This document shows, piece after piece, positions 60,131 to 64,000 of a stretch of DNA of 64,000 nucleotides. Under the pieces are notes generated by a model. It did not search any database. It saw nothing but the letters and a program-made list of their open reading frames with translations, and had not been told where the DNA came from. Positions within the stretch are counted from its first letter, which is position 1; each line of letters opens with the position of its first letter. Source of the DNA: Terriglobia bacterium (lineage in GTDB: Bacteria > Acidobacteriota > Terriglobia > 20CM-2-55-15); the NCBI GenBank assembly GCA_965198225.1, contig CBDAOY010000004.1:352001-416000 (forward strand), in the 5' to 3' direction. A program made the translations under genes and the position numbers.

Positions 60131-60658
60131 CTAAAAGACCGGCATGCCCACTTCTGCCTGTTTGGACAGCCAGGTGGTTTCCAGTTGCTTGACGATCACC
60201 ATCAGTGAGTCCGGGGGCTCGAGTTTGCCCCAGCGGAACGTGTCCGTGAAGGAGATCCCGTAGCGCGACCCATTCCGACGCCGGGCAACCCCGCGTAGAT
60301 TGACGCACTTGGACGCGTACTCCAGCTCGACCTTAAGGTTCGTATTCAGCGGCAGCTCGTGAGCATGGCCTTGTAGCTCCACGAGGATGCCGGACAGGCT
60401 GATGTCCAGGGTCCGCACCAGCCAGATCATCTTTCCGTTGGACACGCAGGCCTTGATCCCGCCGTCGGGCGGGATCGGGACGCGAAAACCGGCCCGCAGG
60501 TCACTTTCCTCCGGATTCAAACTCTCCAGGTATGCGACCAGTTCCGGTAGAGCTTCGGCCCCGACTGTAACCTCTCGGTTCGGATACCCCACCTTCTGGA
60601 AAATCAGTCGGTCGCCGCCGGAGCTGACCGTGATTCCGCCTAGTCGAATTTCAGACAT
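60131..60658 (-). CDS. PilZ-domain protein
   Basis: RxxxR (RAGFR) and DxSxxG (DISLSG) c-di-GMP motifs. Confidence 0.85.
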   Translation of the reverse strand: MSEIRLGGITVSSGGDRLIFQKVGYPNREVTVGAEALPELVAYLESLNPEESDLRAGFRVPIPPDGGIKACVSNGKMIWLVRTLDISLSGILVELQGHAHELPLNTNLKVELEYASKCVNLRGVARRRNGSRYGISFTDTFRWGKLEPPDSLMVIVKQLETTWLSKQAEVGMPVF

Positions 60659-60918
60659 CTTCTATTCACAATTAACCAGCCGTTTGACAGACAGTTACCC
60701 TAACGTCTGCCTTATCTTCCCTCGTCGATTATCCAGGTGCCTACCTTCACAATCGGCAAATAGCCGCAGAAACTGCACCCTGAACAGTTTGAAAATTAGG
60801 GACATAAGTGCCGGTTCCCATTTTTCTCGAGGCCGTCCCTCACTCACGATAATGGCGCAGAATCGTCTACTTACTTAGGCGACCGAAGACGCACCATCGC
60901 AAGGGCAAGGAGGTCCAG

Positions 60919-62066
60919 ATGTCTAGAGGAACGCGGTTAGATCCGGAAAAGCGGAGTCCTGAGTTCGTTGAATTCGAAAGCGGCCTTCGACAGAAGGTTG
61001 TCGGACAAGACCGTGTCATTCAGCGTGTCGCCCACATGCTGCAGGTATACCAGGCCGGAATGAGTATGCCGGGGCACCCCTTGGACCTGCTGTTCCTCGC
61101 AAGGGAAACCTGCTGTTCCTCGGCCCCACCGGCACGGGCAAGACGCGTGTCGTGGAAGCGGCCGCGGACATCCTTTTCGGAAGCCCGAGGGCGTTCATCA
61201 AGATCGACTGCGCCGAGTACCAGCATGGTCACGAGATCGCGAAGCTCATCGGCTCCCCTCCCGGGTACCTTGGACATCGCGAGACGCCACCGCTACTGAC
61301 CCAGAAAGCCCTCGATGAGCATCACACCGAGGACGCGCCGTTCGGTTTTTTGCTGTTCGACGAGATCGAAAAAGCGCACGCGTCGCTGTGGCAGTTGCTG
61401 CTCGGTATCCTCGACAAGGGGACGCTGACCTTGGGGGACAACCAGAGGGTCGACTTCTCCCGGACCGTCGTCTTCATGACTTCAAACCTGGGAGCCAAGG
61501 AGATCACGCGGTTGATGTCGGGAGGGATCGGCTTCTCGCCCGGCGGGCCCGACGAGGACGGCAACCTCGACCAGAAGATCTACAGGACCGCGCTCGAAGC
61601 TGCTCGCGGAAAGTTCTCCCCGGAGTTCATGAACCGCATCGACAAGGTGGTCGTGTTCCGCGCGTTGAACCGCGGTCACTTGCGGCGGATCGTCGATATC
61701 GAACTGCGGCAGGTGCAGGAACGGGTCATTGCGTCAGAGGCAGCTCGGCCTTTCGTCCTGCGCTGGACCGAGGATGCCAAAGACTTCCTGCTCGACGAGG
61801 GTTGGGATCGAACCTACGGTGCGCGCCATCTGAAACGCGCGATCGAGCGGCACCTGATCTTCCCGCTCTCCAGCCTGATGGCGACCGATCAGATCTATCC
61901 GGGCGACACAGTGCTGGTCCAGCTGGACGAGCGGAAGTGCAGACTCTCGTTCCGCCGCCACCCGACTTTTCACTTGATTGCGAAGGCCGCCCAGGCTTCT
62001 TCGGGTGGCGAAAGCACAACGCCTGAGCCTGAACCCGACGGTCCCGTGGACTCGATTGCGAGCTGA
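60919..62066 (+). pseudogene. Single-domain ClpA/B-like AAA+ ATPase (second NBD only), frameshifted by a ~20-nt duplication
   Basis: VVGQD; Walker A LFLGPTGTGKT in the second frame; IGSPPGYLG, FDEIEKA, MTSNLG, PEFMNRID, YGARHLKR. ACCTGCTGTTCCTCG occurs twice (61085 and 61108). Confidence 0.85.
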
Positions 62067-62201
62067 TATGGCCGCCATCCCCTCGTTAAGCGGAAAAGTG
62101 CCGCGAGGGAACCGATGTGAAGGGACAGGAGCCTGACCCTGCCCCCGCGTGTTCACTAAGCAGCAGAGTTGGGGAACGACAGACACCCACATACGCCGTG
62201 G

Positions 62202-62567
62202 CTACAGAAGCTTCAGCTTCGCGTAGTGTCGAAAGTCCGCATCGCGGGTAACCAGCGTCATGTTGTGGTCCAGGCAACTCTGAGCGATCAGTGCATCGGC
62301 GATGCGCGCCCTCCGTTTTTTCGCAAGGAGACGTGCCCGGAGCAAACCCGCCCGCTCCCAGTAACCGTCCAATACTTGCAATAAGGGAAGTGCCGTCAGT
62401 AGGGTCTTGAGCGCTCGCGCCAGTTCGGGATCACTGAGCAGCTCCGTCAGAACGACGGGAGGCAGGGCCGCCTGACCATGCTCCAGTGCCGCGTCGACCG
62501 CTTCAACGTCGGCTCCTGTGTCTCCCTGCAGATACGCGATCAGCGAACTCGTGTCGATCGCGATCAC
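62202..62567 (-). CDS. vapC: VapC-type PIN-domain toxin
   Basis: IDTSSLI, VLTEL, IADALIA, TRDADF. Confidence 0.92.
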   Translation of the reverse strand: MIAIDTSSLIAYLQGDTGADVEAVDAALEHGQAALPPVVLTELLSDPELARALKTLLTALPLLQVLDGYWERAGLLRARLLAKKRRARIADALIAQSCLDHNMTLVTRDADFRHYAKLKLL

Positions 62568-62773
62568 GTTCGGTCCTCTCGAATCGTTTCGAGTCGTAGG
62601 GAGAAACGAACTTTTCCTCGAAGTTCCCGCAGCTTTTGGGCGGCTTCCCGCGCGGCGACCAACTCCAGTCCCTTACGGATCGTCGCCGTCACCCCTTTGC
62701 CCGTCGTTTCTTGAGCTCGTTCGAGCAGGTCGTCAGGCAGCATCACTGTCACCTTTCTTTGTCGCGACGGCAT
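62564..62773 (-). CDS. vapB: VapB-type RHH antitoxin
   Basis: KVTVMLPDDLLERA..TATIRKGL; overlaps the toxin start. Confidence 0.8.
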   Translation of the reverse strand: MPSRQRKVTVMLPDDLLERAQETTGKGVTATIRKGLELVAAREAAQKLRELRGKVRFSLRLETIREDRT

Positions 62774-62835
62774 ATCCGATGATACCAGCATTGATACCGT
62801 ATGGATATACGGCATTCTGTACGCATTATCGCTCT

Positions 62836-63126
62836 ATCGTGCAGGTCCTGAACAACATCCTGCTGTTCGGCATGACGCCCCAGGACCCGATCGATGCTCC
62901 CCGGCTGGGCCGGATGCCGGACGGCACTCTGGCGATCGAGGATCGGGTGTCGCAGGATGTGCTGGACGCTTTGAGGGCACCTGGATACAACGTGGATCCG
63001 CGCAGCGGTTGGGCCGCGACCTTCGGGGGTGAGCAGGCCATTCTGGTTCGACCAGTCGACCGCTGTCATGCCCTCGGGAGCCGACCACCGGCGGGAGGGA
63101 TACACGCCGGCGTATTGAGGACGTAG
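62836..63126 (+). pseudogene. ggt: Gamma-glutamyltransferase C-terminal remnant
   Basis: IVQVLNNILLFGMTPQDPIDAPR..FGGEQAI; no upstream body, and the tail is degraded. Confidence 0.7.
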
Positions 63127-63147
63127 GCCGTCGTCCGTAGGCCGTTC

Positions 63148-63217
63148 GTGTAGGTGCGGTCTATGACCGCACGTTCTTCGAGCCGACACGATGTGCGCTC
63201 ATAGAGCGCACGTACAC
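63148..63217. repeat. GTAG-REP doublet
   Basis: Same paired hairpins as copy 1. Confidence 0.88.
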
Positions 63218-63227
63218 TTGCTGAGGC

Positions 63228-64000
63228 TTACTTCTGTCCCAGAATCTTCGCCCGCAGCTTCTCGACCTGCGTTCGGGCATCCCCTTCGGGATTCTCTTCC
63301 AGGTACGCGTCCAACTGTTCCATGACTTGGCCGAATTGACGCCGCTTCAGGTAGATGTTTGCGAGCAGCAGGCGGATCATTCCGGAATCCGACAACTCCT
63401 GCGCCCGCAGAACTGCCACCTCCGCTTCGTCGAGCCGGCCCAGCCTGTGGTACGCCAGTCCGAGGTTGATGAACGCGTCGGCCGGGGGCGGACTCATAGC
63501 CGAAGCTTCACGCAGTATGCTGGCCGCAGATTCGTTGTCATCCCGGATCAGATAGATGGTGCCGAGATTGATCAGTGGCAGGGCACGGTTCGGGGACAGC
63601 GACCGGGCGGTGTTGTATTGCTGTTCGGCTTCATCGAGTCGGCCTTCATCCTGGTAGAGAACGCCCAAGTCGAGTTGGGCGTCATAGTAGTCGGGCGCGA
63701 GTCGGACGGCTTCTTCCAGGTGTTCGATGGCACCGTCGAGCCTGCCCCGATGCTTGTCCCGCAGCCCCTCGTCGAACGATTCGAGCGCCTCTTTCGGAAA
63801 ATTCTGACGGAATTGACTGACGTCGATCGTGGGATCGTTGGCTGTGACGAAGGTCCGCTTCCCGACTTCCATCGGTCACAGACGAACGCGCATGCCAATC
63901 TGTTGCTTGCCCTCCGCGTGCACGGTTCGGCGCACTGGCGCGAAACCTTCGTGGTTGATTACCACCTGGTGCATTCCCGGTCGCACGTCAAGAAAGTCGA
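63228..64000 (-). CDS. Carboxypeptidase-regulatory-like + TPR protein, 5'-partial, with an in-frame TGA at 63876-63878
   Basis: TPR repeats in 63228-63872; the same frame upstream reads DFLDVRPGMHQVVINHEGFAPVRRTV..RVRL*PMEV. Confidence 0.75.

Noticed and set aside
12145-63217. REP hairpins as CRISPR repeats or tRNA/ncRNA genes
   Set aside because: They are dispersed inverted doublets, with no direct array with unique spacers and no cloverleaf.

Overview
GC-rich bacterial chromosome segment, most likely Acidobacteriota. This is an inference from three ADOP-type duplicated ABC permeases (one behind a PadR gene), a DUF1800/DUF1501 pair and many secreted hydrolases. No rRNA, tRNA or CRISPR array is visible. 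Main contents: (1) the end of a sigma-54 enhancer-binding protein gene, followed by an orphan gene cluster (large hypothetical, HExxE protein, DUF3376 patatin) broken by an IS5/IS903-type element. An IS1111-type IS110 has inserted into that IS5, and its downstream non-coding region carries short segments matching both its insertion site and its own ends (bridge/seekRNA-like). (2) A TPR-CHAT protease + TpsA + TpsB + FecR/DUF928-like locus. (3) An IS1595 transporter element carrying an RxxxxH (HEPN-like) gene coupled to a 57-aa ORF; the HEPN gene is split by an IS21 with a clean 6-bp target duplication. (4) Two dispersed intergenic palindrome families, one being GTAG-REP doublets, with a nested REP-doublet > MITE > REP-doublet structure beside a decapitated ECF sigma gene. 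(5) Several collapsed or frameshifted genes, some of which may be assembly errors. All product calls come from motif recognition by eye; no database searches were run.
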